A stretch of DNA of 64,000 bases from a virus (IMGVR_UViG_3300020411_004054:5885-69884), one strand, 5' to 3'. Shown: positions 19,823 through 28,270, counted from the first letter of the stretch. Notes: generated by a model not told the origin, from the sequence alone. A program made the numbers and translations.

Positions 19823-20659
19823 ATGTTGGTAAACGAACAAGCCCTGCGTAATCTAATTCGCGAAAGCATTAAAGAGGCAAAGAGACAGAACCCAAGAGTC
19901 CTGGATGAAGGCTTGCTTGATATCCTCAAAGGGTTAGTTAGCAAGCTTTTCGGCATGTTAGGAGGTGAGCTAGAAGCTGCAGCTACACAGTCCGCCGGAG
20001 ATCTCACTTCAGCCTCAGGTACAGTTGCTCAAGAAATACAAGGCGAACTAGAATTACCCGAACCAAAACAATGGGCTGACCTCCAACCAAAAGAAAACAA
20101 CACAGATAAAGCTATTTGGGCATTGACAGTTGTAAGAGTATTTGTGGACATGGAAGGGCCTAGAGAAGAAGCTATAACGGCGATTCAAGATGCCTGGCAG
20201 GTAAAAAGTCTCGCGCCACCAAGTGAAGAGGCTGCTTCTGAATGGGAGTCAGGAGAAGATGCCGCTCTTTTGGAGGGTCTGTACAAAGGGATTGGCGCGT
20301 TCAAGGGTTGGCTCGTATGGTTAAGCGCACATTTTGAATCTGCGCAAGCCGCAGCTGATGGAATAGATGAGACTGCCAAACTTTCAGAGATGATGAGTCA
20401 AGTAGTTCCCGCAGCTGAGTTTATAATAGGATCAGTCGTCCCAGGACTTGAGTCAGCTGCCTCAGCAGTTAAAGCCACAGGCTATGAGGGTGACTACGTC
20501 TCTGATTTACAGTTAATGTCTGCAGGCGCAGAAAATATTGGGAAAGCGGCACAACAGCTAAGTGATCACTTTAAAGAGCTTGAAGCCATGGCAGATGAAG
20601 CAGCAAAGAAGTCGGAAGAAGCTTCAGTTGGCGATGCCGCAGAAGGCATGCCCGCCTAA
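19823..20659 (+). CDS. Helical Ala/Glu-rich protein with degenerate leader
   Basis: MLVNEQALRNLIRESIKE...VLDE. Confidence 0.8.
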   Translation: MLVNEQALRNLIRESIKEAKRQNPRVLDEGLLDILKGLVSKLFGMLGGELEAAATQSAGDLTSASGTVAQEIQGELELPEPKQWADLQPKENNTDKAIWALTVVRVFVDMEGPREEAITAIQDAWQVKSLAPPSEEAASEWESGEDAALLEGLYKGIGAFKGWLVWLSAHFESAQAAADGIDETAKLSEMMSQVVPAAEFIIGSVVPGLESAASAVKATGYEGDYVSDLQLMSAGAENIGKAAQQLSDHFKELEAMADEAAKKSEEASVGDAAEGMPA

Positions 20660-20676
20660 TTTCTAAACCGCAAATT

Positions 20677-20705
20677 GTGTAAATAGTCTGATCGCATGAT
20701 ATTAT
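20677..20705 (+). promoter_or_regulatory. Early-type promoter
   Basis: GTGTAA-N17-TATTAT. Confidence 0.55.
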
Positions 20706-20729
20706 AATCATGTAGAGGAGAATGATTGT

Positions 20730-20918
20730 ATGTCACGTAAGCGCCGAAAAAAGTATAATCCTTTAAAGGCATCAGCAGGTGCTCGTCGCAAAGCACATTT
20801 CGCAGCTGGGGGTACACCAGCGATGTGGCGAGGCCGGGCAGCTACTCTTGATGAGTCACGATCTAAAGCACGTTTAAACAAGTACGCTTGTAGAAGAGCT
20901 GTGAAGGGAGAAGAATAA
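20730..20918 (+). CDS. Small highly basic protein
   Basis: GAGGAG SD; R/K-rich. Confidence 0.75.
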   Translation: MSRKRRKKYNPLKASAGARRKAHFAAGGTPAMWRGRAATLDESRSKARLNKYACRRAVKGEE

Positions 20919-20983
20919 TGTTTGAATTTTTGGTAGGTGCGGCCGCTGCGATTTACATTTGGAAGTGGTGGACCGAGAAGTAA

Positions 20984-21184
20984 GTGAAGGCAGGTGATTT
21001 AGTAGTGTTTAGTCTTTCTGCTGTAAATGAGCAAACAACACAGTGGTTTGTTAACTACGCAAAGAATAGAACACCAATGCTAGTTGTAGGGTTTATGAAT
21101 GGACATGCAACGTTACTTCGTCCCGATGGTTCTCAATGCTCAATAAAGCCGAGTTCTCTGGAGGTTATTAGTGAAAATCGGTGA
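20984..21184 (+). CDS. MKVGDLV-family small protein
   Basis: MKAGDLVVF...LEVISENR. Confidence 0.75.
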   Translation: MKAGDLVVFSLSAVNEQTTQWFVNYAKNRTPMLVVGFMNGHATLLRPDGSQCSIKPSSLEVISENR

Positions 21185-21374
21185 TTTAGTTGTAATGCCG
21201 GAATCTGCTACGTCCGGACGTTTTCGGGCGCAGGACCTAGGTGTGGGCCTGATTGTAAACGATGTAATCGTAAGAAATCGTATTGGTGTGATGTGGTCCG
21301 ATGGAGAAGGCCAGATTGACTATGAACCGGTTGAGTGGTTAAGTGTTATTAGCAATTGCGAGGTATCGAAATGA
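21171..21374 (+). CDS. MKVGDLV-family small protein
   Basis: MKIGDLVVM...VGLIV...VMW. Confidence 0.75.
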   Translation: MKIGDLVVMPESATSGRFRAQDLGVGLIVNDVIVRNRIGVMWSDGEGQIDYEPVEWLSVISNCEVSK

Positions 21375-21583
21375 AAATCCTCGACTTACATGGTGTAAAA
21401 CATGCAGATGTAGAGGATCTTATTGTCAAGGCGTGTGCTTCGAGTGATGTTCCGTTTATAGTAATTACTGGAAAATCTAATGCGATGAAGAAGCTTGTAG
21501 GTGCTGCAGCAAGACTAATGAACTTAGACGCTCGTGACGCTATCGACAACCCTGGCAGGATTATAATTGATGAACCCGGGTGA
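21371..21583 (+). CDS. Smr-like domain protein
   Basis: ILDLHGV and IVITGKS motifs. Confidence 0.55.
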   Translation: MKILDLHGVKHADVEDLIVKACASSDVPFIVITGKSNAMKKLVGAAARLMNLDARDAIDNPGRIIIDEPG

Positions 21584-21776
21584 TTTGGTCAGACTTAAAG
21601 GGTCTACGTGGTCTTCGTATGAGCGCCAAGGAGAGATAGGTCTCGTGATCGAGACTAATATTTCACACAGCGTCCAGGGATTTGACACTGAGTTTTCACG
21701 TATAATGTGGAGCAAGGAGTCTGTGCGAGGAAATATTAGTGTAGTAAGAACTGATCATCTAGAGATTATTATCTAG
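21570..21776 (+). CDS. MKVGDLV-family small protein
   Basis: MNPGDLVRL...IGLVIE...HLEII. Confidence 0.75.
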   Translation: MNPGDLVRLKGSTWSSYERQGEIGLVIETNISHSVQGFDTEFSRIMWSKESVRGNISVVRTDHLEIII

Positions 21777-21778
21777 CT

Positions 21779-22198
21779 TTAGTTATTCCTACGAACGACT
21801 AGTATCTTCTCCCATGACACTGTAGTCATTTCTGTACCACACAGAAGATCACACATATCAGGCTTGCCTAACCTATAAGTTATCTTGTAAAGTATCCCAG
21901 AAGTCTTCTCTGATTCACCAGGCCCTATGCCTTTTTTAAATGCTACAACTAGATCACCGATTTGAGGTGTCAATATTGATGCTTCAGTAAGAATGTTCGG
22001 CTCTAAGAACATTTTTTTGCATATCTTTTTTGGGACGATATGGCAGGATGATGTGTAGAGAGAATTACTCTCAACGATCAAGTCTGATTCACCTACTACC
22101 AAGACTTTGCAAAGTGAAACACTATCAGCTACATGTGTTTCTTTTCCATGCTCGCCTCCAAAGACTGCAACAAGATCGCCTACTTCAATATCTTTCAA
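21779..22198 (-). CDS. Tandem two-domain MKVGDLV-family protein
   Basis: IEVGDLVAVF and PQIGDLVVAF. Confidence 0.7.
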   Translation of the reverse strand: MKDIEVGDLVAVFGGEHGKETHVADSVSLCKVLVVGESDLIVESNSLYTSSCHIVPKKICKKMFLEPNILTEASILTPQIGDLVVAFKKGIGPGESEKTSGILYKITYRLGKPDMCDLLCGTEMTTVSWEKILVVRRNN

Positions 22199-22263
22199 AA
22201 TTCCTCTCTAACAATTTTAAATATTTAAGTCTGCCGGTATTCTTACTATTTAGTAATAGCATC

Positions 22264-22821
22264 ATGAGTAATTCACGTCTACTAAAAATCATAGCTTACA
22301 AGTCTGAAGTATTGTCGCTAGAAGAGCAAGAATACGAAGAGCGCAATTTGCAGTACGTAGAAGAATTTAACAAAGACTTTCATCTTGAATTGTCATATGC
22401 CCATGAGACTGAAATGAAAGATGACAAAAACAACGTCGAATCAAAACTAAAGATGCCCAATGAGTCACTTAAGAAAATTCATAGAAAGTTGGCACTTGCT
22501 ACACACCCTGACAAAAACTTAGACAAAGACACATCAGAAGATTTTAAAGAAATACAAGAAGCGTATGAGCAAGGTGACGGCCCTACGCTAATAGGAAAGC
22601 TACTAGACTATGATCTAGACATAGAGTTGTCTGAGATTGAGTTACGAGATATCCAGAAACAGCTCGATATGAGAACAGGACTGCTGGAGCAGAAAAAACA
22701 GACCTGCGCATGGGTGTGGCACAACTCTTCAAAGGATGACAATCCCGGTTTAAGACTACAAATAAGGCAGTCTATGGGTATTGATGAGGCATTATTCCAA
22801 GCCTGGCTAAAAACTCGATAA
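22264..22821 (+). CDS. J-domain (DnaJ-like) protein with internal J domain
   Basis: LKKIHRKLALATHPDKN...FKEIQEAYE (HPD motif); start chosen at ATG 22264. Confidence 0.85.
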   Translation: MSNSRLLKIIAYKSEVLSLEEQEYEERNLQYVEEFNKDFHLELSYAHETEMKDDKNNVESKLKMPNESLKKIHRKLALATHPDKNLDKDTSEDFKEIQEAYEQGDGPTLIGKLLDYDLDIELSEIELRDIQKQLDMRTGLLEQKKQTCAWVWHNSSKDDNPGLRLQIRQSMGIDEALFQAWLKTR

Positions 22822-22872
22822 GCGAAATAGAGTTTTAAGATAATTTCAGTTTGACTATAGTTTTCTGTAAAC

Positions 22873-23517
22873 TTGGTGAACAAATACATGCCTATTGATA
22901 TCATCCGACCTTTTGGTCCATGCATTGGAAAATTTAAGCTACCTACAGAGATGGTCGGCGCAGTCAACAGCTATATTGAAAATGTTGAGAAAGACGAAGA
23001 GAAGATAGCTGACCTAGACTGGTCTTCGCGATTAGTTGGAAAAGTAACACAAGAAGTAAGAGTGCAGGATGAGGTCTTAGCGCCCTACTCAGAGTTTTTA
23101 ACAAGCTGCGTTGAAGAGTACTTAAATCAAATAATTCCCATGGGAGTGGTTAATTTTAGCACTGCACCCTGGAAGATTGTTAGAAGAAACGGATGGGTAG
23201 TGAGGTCTTACGCGGGGGATTTCAACCCTATGCATGTTCACAATAACGCAAACATATGCATTGCAGGATTTCTTAAGCTGCCGAATTGGGAAGAAGAAAT
23301 GCATAACGACAATCTAGATCATGCTCCTGCTAGAGGAAAACTTTGTTTTATGTATGGAAACACAGTTGAATGGAGTAACAATACAGCACTGATAGAACCT
23401 AATGTTGGTGACTGCTATGTATTTCCGGCTTCTCTTACACACTTTGTATACCCATTTAAATCAGATGGTGAGCGTAGATCGATATCGATCAATTTTGACA
23501 GAGTCTACGTCAAATAG
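22873..23517 (+). CDS. 2OG-Fe(II) oxygenase superfamily protein
   Basis: WVV..GDFNPMHVH, FPASLTHFVYPF and RRSISINF. Confidence 0.85.
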   Translation: MVNKYMPIDIIRPFGPCIGKFKLPTEMVGAVNSYIENVEKDEEKIADLDWSSRLVGKVTQEVRVQDEVLAPYSEFLTSCVEEYLNQIIPMGVVNFSTAPWKIVRRNGWVVRSYAGDFNPMHVHNNANICIAGFLKLPNWEEEMHNDNLDHAPARGKLCFMYGNTVEWSNNTALIEPNVGDCYVFPASLTHFVYPFKSDGERRSISINFDRVYVK

Positions 23518-23538
23518 TGCTAAAAAGCCTAGTCTTTT

Positions 23539-23567
23539 GTGCAAGAAGCCACTCGCTGGTGTATAAT
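23539..23567 (+). promoter_or_regulatory. Early-type promoter
   Basis: GTGCAA-N17-TATAAT. Confidence 0.75.
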
Positions 23568-23571
23568 AAAC

Positions 23572-23961
23572 ATGTCGAAGAGGGGACGAACCCCCAAAGG
23601 AGAAGATTCGATATTGGGTTACGGTTATCGCAGTCTGCGACCGGAGTGGAAGAAGGACTGGGCTATGGAGGCCGAGTTCGACGCCGAGGGTGTGACGCTC
23701 ACACTGTTCAGCAGCGACATCTGGCACTACAACAAGTTCTACCTCACCTTCGAGGCCCTCAAGACCTGGCGCGCCTCTGGCAAGTTCCTCGCTGACGCCG
23801 ACTGGCTCCGCTCGGAGTTCGTCCGCCAGGTGCTGCAGAAACCTGAAGTCGCGGACAACATGCCACACAGCGGCCCGCGTAACTGGAGCTCTCGCGAGAA
23901 CTGGCTTAAGCCGGTCCCCCTCGCTGATCATATCATGGAGCACGGGGAGTGGATAGAATGA
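23572..23961 (+). CDS. Hypothetical early protein with GC-rich codon use
   Basis: Directly after the promoter; C/G-ending codons dominate. Confidence 0.75.
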   Translation: MSKRGRTPKGEDSILGYGYRSLRPEWKKDWAMEAEFDAEGVTLTLFSSDIWHYNKFYLTFEALKTWRASGKFLADADWLRSEFVRQVLQKPEVADNMPHSGPRNWSSRENWLKPVPLADHIMEHGEWIE

Positions 23962-24182
23962 AAGTCGGTGACCTGGTAAAGTTTAACAAGTCCGGGGCTC
24001 TTGCCTTGATTCTTCAAGTTTCTAATGAAGGCGGTTACAACTCGATGGAGCTTCATGTTCTTGGGGATGCCTTAGCACACACAGCGCTGAGGGGAGGCAC
24101 ACTGCAAAACCCCGTAAACCTTACTTGGATGTCAGAACATATGCTAAAAAGAACAGCTGAGGTGTTAAGTGAAAGTCGGTGA
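23958..24182 (+). CDS. MKVGDLV-family small protein
   Basis: MKVGDLVKFN...EVLSESR. Confidence 0.8.
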   Translation: MKVGDLVKFNKSGALALILQVSNEGGYNSMELHVLGDALAHTALRGGTLQNPVNLTWMSEHMLKRTAEVLSESR

Positions 24183-24402
24183 TTTGATCATGCGTGGACC
24201 GAAGTGGATCCACGGCTCCATAGACGGAGATGACCGTTATACGGGCACCATTTTACGACTTGACAGGTACAGTGGTAGGGACGATCAACGAATACTTCCG
24301 TTCCCCGACCATGGACAACAGATAGTTGAGGTGCTCTGGAACACGTCCCACACAGGTTGGATTGCGGCGTCTAGAGTGGAGGTTGTCAATGAAAGTCGGT
24401 GA
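24169..24402 (+). CDS. MKVGDLV-family small protein
   Basis: MKVGDLIM...EVVNESR. Confidence 0.8.
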   Translation: MKVGDLIMRGPKWIHGSIDGDDRYTGTILRLDRYSGRDDQRILPFPDHGQQIVEVLWNTSHTGWIAASRVEVVNESR

Positions 24403-24583
24403 TCTGGTAAAATCTAACTCTGGAACAAAGCATCACGGCAAAGTCGGCATTATCATTGGTGAAGAGCCTCGATGGCCAAACGAGCCCCGAGAAGATGCTA
24501 TTCTTTTTGAAGTACTGTACCCAAGTGGTATTCGTGTTAAGTGGGACGACCGTAATCTCGAGGTTATCAATGAAAGTCGGTGA
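24389..24583 (+). CDS. MKVGDLV-family small protein
   Basis: MKVGDLVKS...LEVINESR. Confidence 0.8.
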   Translation: MKVGDLVKSNSGTKHHGKVGIIIGEEPRWPNEPREDAILFEVLYPSGIRVKWDDRNLEVINESR

Positions 24584-24752
24584 TCTAGTAAGACTTTCTG
24601 AAGCTTTTAGCAACACTGCGGCGATTCAAGATTGGGGTTTCGGATTAATCGTCTCAGACGATGTTCCCGGTGGAAACCAGGTTGAAGTAACCTGGCCACA
24701 AAAGTCGTGGAAGACAAGTATACTACTTAAGTCGCGTGTGGAGGTTGTATGA
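24570..24752 (+). CDS. MKVGDLV-family small protein
   Basis: MKVGDLVRL...DWGFGLIV. Confidence 0.8.
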   Translation: MKVGDLVRLSEAFSNTAAIQDWGFGLIVSDDVPGGNQVEVTWPQKSWKTSILLKSRVEVV

Positions 24753-24943
24753 AGAAACTAGCTGTAATAGCCATCGCGCTGATGTTGTCGGGGTGTTCTT
24801 GGTACGTTCGATATCCTAGTGTCGGAAAGTCTGGGACTATAGTCAGGCCTACTAACTGGCGTGGAGAAAGGTGCACGCTAATAACTTATGTAGATACTGG
24901 AAAAAAAGTATACATTTGTGGCCCGGATAGACATCGATGGTAG
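24749..24943 (+). CDS. Small predicted lipoprotein
   Basis: MKKLAVIAIALMLSG|C lipobox. Confidence 0.7.
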   Translation: MKKLAVIAIALMLSGCSWYVRYPSVGKSGTIVRPTNWRGERCTLITYVDTGKKVYICGPDRHRW

Positions 24944-24947
24944 TAGC

Positions 24948-25145
24948 TTGAAAGTCGGTGACTTGGTAAGGTTTCGTTATGACAAACGGTGGACCGGCTC
25001 AGTTAAAGATTGGGGTTTTGGCCTCATTGAAGAAGAATACAGCGACGGTACATTTGAAGTATACTGGCCTTCTCTGGTTGGTAGTGTCATGACAACACGT
25101 ACCCTAGGTAAAAAAGCACTAGAGGTGATTAATGAAAGTCGGTGA
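24948..25145 (+). CDS. MKVGDLV-family small protein
   Basis: TTG start; KVGDLVRF...DWGFGLIE...LEVINESR. Confidence 0.75.
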   Translation: MKVGDLVRFRYDKRWTGSVKDWGFGLIEEEYSDGTFEVYWPSLVGSVMTTRTLGKKALEVINESR

Positions 25146-25341
25146 TCTGGTACAGTTTAGCAGTGCTTTCCATAATGTGGCGAAGAAGAAACACGGATGT
25201 CTCCCATATGTAGGCGACGACTGGGGATGTGGATTGGTCCATGAAGTTCACAGTGATGGCCATGCCAAAGTCTTGTGGCCTGATCGGGGGCTTGAACTGG
25301 TTGACGATCGATTTTTGACGGTGATTAATGAAAGTCGGTGA
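25132..25341 (+). CDS. MKVGDLV-family small protein
   Basis: MKVGDLVQF...DWGCGLV...LTVINESR. Confidence 0.8.
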   Translation: MKVGDLVQFSSAFHNVAKKKHGCLPYVGDDWGCGLVHEVHSDGHAKVLWPDRGLELVDDRFLTVINESR

Positions 25342-25540
25342 TTTGGTAAAATGCTTGTTTCAACCCACGTCCAGCAGGATTCAGCATGGCGTGGCCATTC
25401 CTATGATACATGCAATCAAGGGCGAGCTAGGGATTATTGTAAAGGGAAGAGACAATGGGTGCCATAGAGTTCTGTTTCCACAGTTTGGATACGAGCATGA
25501 GCTTTCAGCGTCATCACTAGAAAAAATTAATGTAGATTAG
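25328..25540 (+). CDS. MKVGDLV-family small protein
   Basis: MKVGDLVKC...LGIIV. Confidence 0.8.
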   Translation: MKVGDLVKCLFQPTSSRIQHGVAIPMIHAIKGELGIIVKGRDNGCHRVLFPQFGYEHELSASSLEKINVD

Positions 25541-25542
25541 CG

Positions 25543-25571
25543 GTGCAAGTCTGCTAGAAGCAGAGTATAAT
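25543..25571 (+). promoter_or_regulatory. Early-type promoter
   Basis: GTGCAA-N17-TATAAT. Confidence 0.75.
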
Positions 25572-25592
25572 AGACACATAAGGAGACAGGAC

Positions 25593-25859
25593 ATGGATAA
25601 CATCCTAAGCGAACTTAAGAATCTCAGCGAGAAAGAGCTCATTAATCTGAATCGGGCTGTAGTTGAGCAGCTTAAGCGAGAGCGCGCCGCAAAGGCAAAA
25701 GCAATGAAGATGACCCTCAACGAGGGAGACACAGTCCGCTGGACCGGTCGCAAGGGCAACCAGCACGGCACGGTCGTCTCGATCAAGCGAAAGTTCGCTC
25801 ATGTTGATGTAGGTAATGGAACTTGGCGTGTTCCGATGAGCATGCTGACGAAGGTGTAA
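25593..25859 (+). CDS. Coiled coil plus SH3/KOW-like domain protein
   Basis: LNEGDTVRW...GTVVSIK...WRVPMSML. Confidence 0.8.
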   Translation: MDNILSELKNLSEKELINLNRAVVEQLKRERAAKAKAMKMTLNEGDTVRWTGRKGNQHGTVVSIKRKFAHVDVGNGTWRVPMSMLTKV

Positions 25860-25860
25860 G

Positions 25861-26211
25861 ATGAATAGAGAAGAGTTTGGAAAAGCCCTCAAAGGGCATG
25901 ATTGGTACTACGCGTACTCTGACGACAGTCGCTCCTATAGAAATGGGATGAGTCAAGCGTCAAAGCTGAGAGAGGCACACGCTAAGCTAGACTGCCCGTT
26001 CGATATGAGCTCTCTTAAGAAGTGGGCACATAATATGATCGTTGAGCAGTTCGCTGAAGAGACTCCGGGAAAATGGTATCGACATCCTCGAAAGTATAAG
26101 TACGTTGCGGCATGCACCCGAGAAGAGTTGATGACGCAAAAAGAACATGATGAAGTCACACACTGGCTGACACTGGGTGGTTCCATTGAAGGTATTTCAC
26201 AATTTGTCTAA
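25861..26211 (+). CDS. Hypothetical protein
   Basis: HDWYYAYSDD motif; co-oriented. Confidence 0.75.
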   Translation: MNREEFGKALKGHDWYYAYSDDSRSYRNGMSQASKLREAHAKLDCPFDMSSLKKWAHNMIVEQFAEETPGKWYRHPRKYKYVAACTREELMTQKEHDEVTHWLTLGGSIEGISQFV

Positions 26212-26215
26212 GGAG

Positions 26216-26503
26216 ATGAGAAAAGTGGAGAGTAAGATTAAGCAAAATGTTGCTGCAGACGTAGAAAAGCTTTTGGCAATTCTTAATCCTGAGTGTGATT
26301 CTGAAACTTTCGCGTTTGTGCGGGACAAGCTAACACGCATGGTGATCTTATCAGTTGCTCCTCCTAGTTGCCGTGGGAATAATGGTAGAGCTGGAAGCTC
26401 TGCAGCCCCGGGAGGAAATGATCCCTATAGTCAGAAAAAGATTGATGACAATCATAACTTTGGAGAGTTTAGCTTCAAGAAGGAAAGTTACATCGCCCCC
26501 TAG
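26216..26503 (+). CDS. Hypothetical protein
   Basis: AAGGAG SD. Confidence 0.65.
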   Translation: MRKVESKIKQNVAADVEKLLAILNPECDSETFAFVRDKLTRMVILSVAPPSCRGNNGRAGSSAAPGGNDPYSQKKIDDNHNFGEFSFKKESYIAP

Positions 26504-26516
26504 GGGGTAACCATAC

Positions 26517-26593
26517 CGGCTCCTAGCTCAATCGGTTAGAGCAGCGGTCTCATAAACCGCAGGTTCTGGGTTCGATCCCCAGGGAGCCGACCA
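26517..26593 (+). tRNA. tRNA with CAT anticodon (elongator Met or Ile2)
   Basis: CGGCTCC/GGAGCCG acceptor, GCGGT-CTCATAA-ACCGC arm, TTCGATC loop, encoded CCA; paired position 1-72 argues against initiator. Confidence 0.93.
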
Positions 26594-26597
26594 ACCA

Positions 26598-26915
26598 TAG
26601 GGGTAAGTGGCATCGGATAAACAGAGCGATCCTGCCGATGTCACTCCCCGACTTAAAATTAGAATGTGGGAGTCACAGGCCAGATAGATTTAGATAGATC
26701 ACCGGGCACTTGCTTAGCGTTTGGAGCGTTAACATCTTAAAGACGAGATGAAGTGGGTGGCATGCCGGTTGATGCTAAACTAGTGGTTGCGTAAGCGTTG
26801 GGATTATAATTATTCCGGACAGGCTGTGACAGATCAGGGATGTTGGGTGACCCTGATCGCTCTTTTACAACTAGATATGAGGAAGCTTGGTGGCGGGTGA
26901 AAACCCCGACCCCTA
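26598..26915 (+). ncRNA. Candidate ~320-nt structured ncRNA of unknown family
   Basis: Closing helix TAGGGGT/ACCCCTA, 11-bp hairpin, long-range GTCACAG/CTGTGAC, 9-bp loop pairing and a GAAA-capped hairpin; no long ORF. Confidence 0.65.
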
Positions 26916-27047
26916 AAGTTCGAAGCCCTCTCCGGAGGTGGGGAAAACAGTGCTAGCTCGACCACTGCCGCTGTGTATATCGGCGCGCCATCTTCTTCTT
27001 TTTTTCAAAATATCTAAAACGCGTAACACAATACGCATATCTTATAA

Positions 27048-27749
27048 ATGAGGGCCATGGAAGCAGAAGCAAAAGGCAAGCTGACAGATTTTGACAGACG
27101 CCTGCATGCACAGCTTCAACCCTTTCTAGATGCCGGATTACTAACACAGGTACCTAACAAGTGGCAGATCACTCAAGGTGCATGTCAAATGGCACCCTAC
27201 GTAGTCTTTCCGGATGACGATGATGCTGAGCGATATAAGGGAGCTCCCATGGGGCATCCGATTCTGCGAACACCTCTCGTCCTTTACTACGTCGGCCTCG
27301 ACCATTTCCATATAGGATCAGGCTTGGGCGCTAGAAAAAAGAGTATCATCAAGCACTTGAATATAGTCCATCACCAAGAGATGCCGGACTACGACCTCCA
27401 GCTTCTTCAACTTCATAAAGACGGGCTAGACCAACTCGCGCGCTACACAAAAGAATTAGATAACAGAAAAGCAAAGCAATCAATAAAGCGCGATAAGAGA
27501 CTGATAGACAAAGTGCTACCAAACGCAAGACACTACAGGAACGAGATCCTCAAGACAGGGGGATTCATAGATAGAGCGCGACGGCTAGACTACACACCTG
27601 ATTCTCAGATACCCAGCTTCTTAAGAGCGGAGTTCTTCTCTTTAGTACGGTTCCTGGAATGGTGCAATAGCCTCCCGGCTCACACCCCTGCCCTTCAGAA
27701 GCCCTGGGCTCTGCTACGACACGTAGGAACTATCTTTCGAAAGGGGTAG
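27048..27749 (+). CDS. Hypothetical protein
   Basis: 233-aa ORF with globular-looking composition. Confidence 0.7.
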   Translation: MRAMEAEAKGKLTDFDRRLHAQLQPFLDAGLLTQVPNKWQITQGACQMAPYVVFPDDDDAERYKGAPMGHPILRTPLVLYYVGLDHFHIGSGLGARKKSIIKHLNIVHHQEMPDYDLQLLQLHKDGLDQLARYTKELDNRKAKQSIKRDKRLIDKVLPNARHYRNEILKTGGFIDRARRLDYTPDSQIPSFLRAEFFSLVRFLEWCNSLPAHTPALQKPWALLRHVGTIFRKG

Positions 27750-27951
27750 TGTACGTCTTCACAAAAGAGCTGTGGCCAAGTGACCATATGCAGCTGCTGT
27801 ACAGAGGTGGCAGCACGGTCGACGAAGATGCTGCCCTGCGTTGAAGACAAAAAAAGAGAGCCCTTAAAAGAGCCCTCTGTACTTAGACCACCCTCGCACA
27901 CATGTACAGGAAAAAAGACACGCGTGCTGTAACTCTGCCCTTATGCGCGCG

Positions 27952-28047
27952 TCAGAACCAGCCTGCGGCAGCAGCGAGAAATACGGCCCACACCAGCAGT
28001 CCAGCGCCGGCTAGCGTATAGAAAATCTTGTCTGCGTCTTTATCCAC
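27952..28047 (-). CDS. 31-aa membrane peptide
   Basis: AGGAGG SD, GTG start; MDKDADKIFYTLAGAGLLVWAVFLAAAAGWF; own promoter. Confidence 0.6.
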   Translation of the reverse strand: MDKDADKIFYTLAGAGLLVWAVFLAAAAGWF

Positions 28048-28068
28048 GCCTACCTCCTATCTGCTTAT

Positions 28069-28097
28069 ATTATAACACCTGGCGGCGACATTTACAC
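28069..28097 (-). promoter_or_regulatory. Early-type promoter, leftward member of a divergent pair
   Basis: GTGTAA-N17-TATAAT on the minus strand. Confidence 0.7.
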
Positions 28098-28180
28098 TCG
28101 AGCGATCGCAAATATTTGCTGTGGCCGTCGATCCTGTCTGGTTTTGCGCGCCCTCGAGTCAAAAAAAGTGCGCAAAACGT

Positions 28181-28209
28181 GTGCAAGTGCGGGCGCAGTG
28201 GTGTATAAT
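28181..28209 (+). promoter_or_regulatory. Early-type promoter
   Basis: GTGCAA-N17-TATAAT. Confidence 0.75.
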
Positions 28210-28270
28210 GTATATGTCTTGGAGGGGAGGCGGACCGGCCGACCCAAATAGTTATTGATAGGAGACGAAA

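Noticed and set aside
26598-26915. RNase P RNA, SRP RNA or group I intron identity for the structured RNA
   Set aside because: No GAGGAAAGUCC near the 5' end, no SRP helix-8 motif, and no interrupted host gene or recognisable P7 core; left as unknown.
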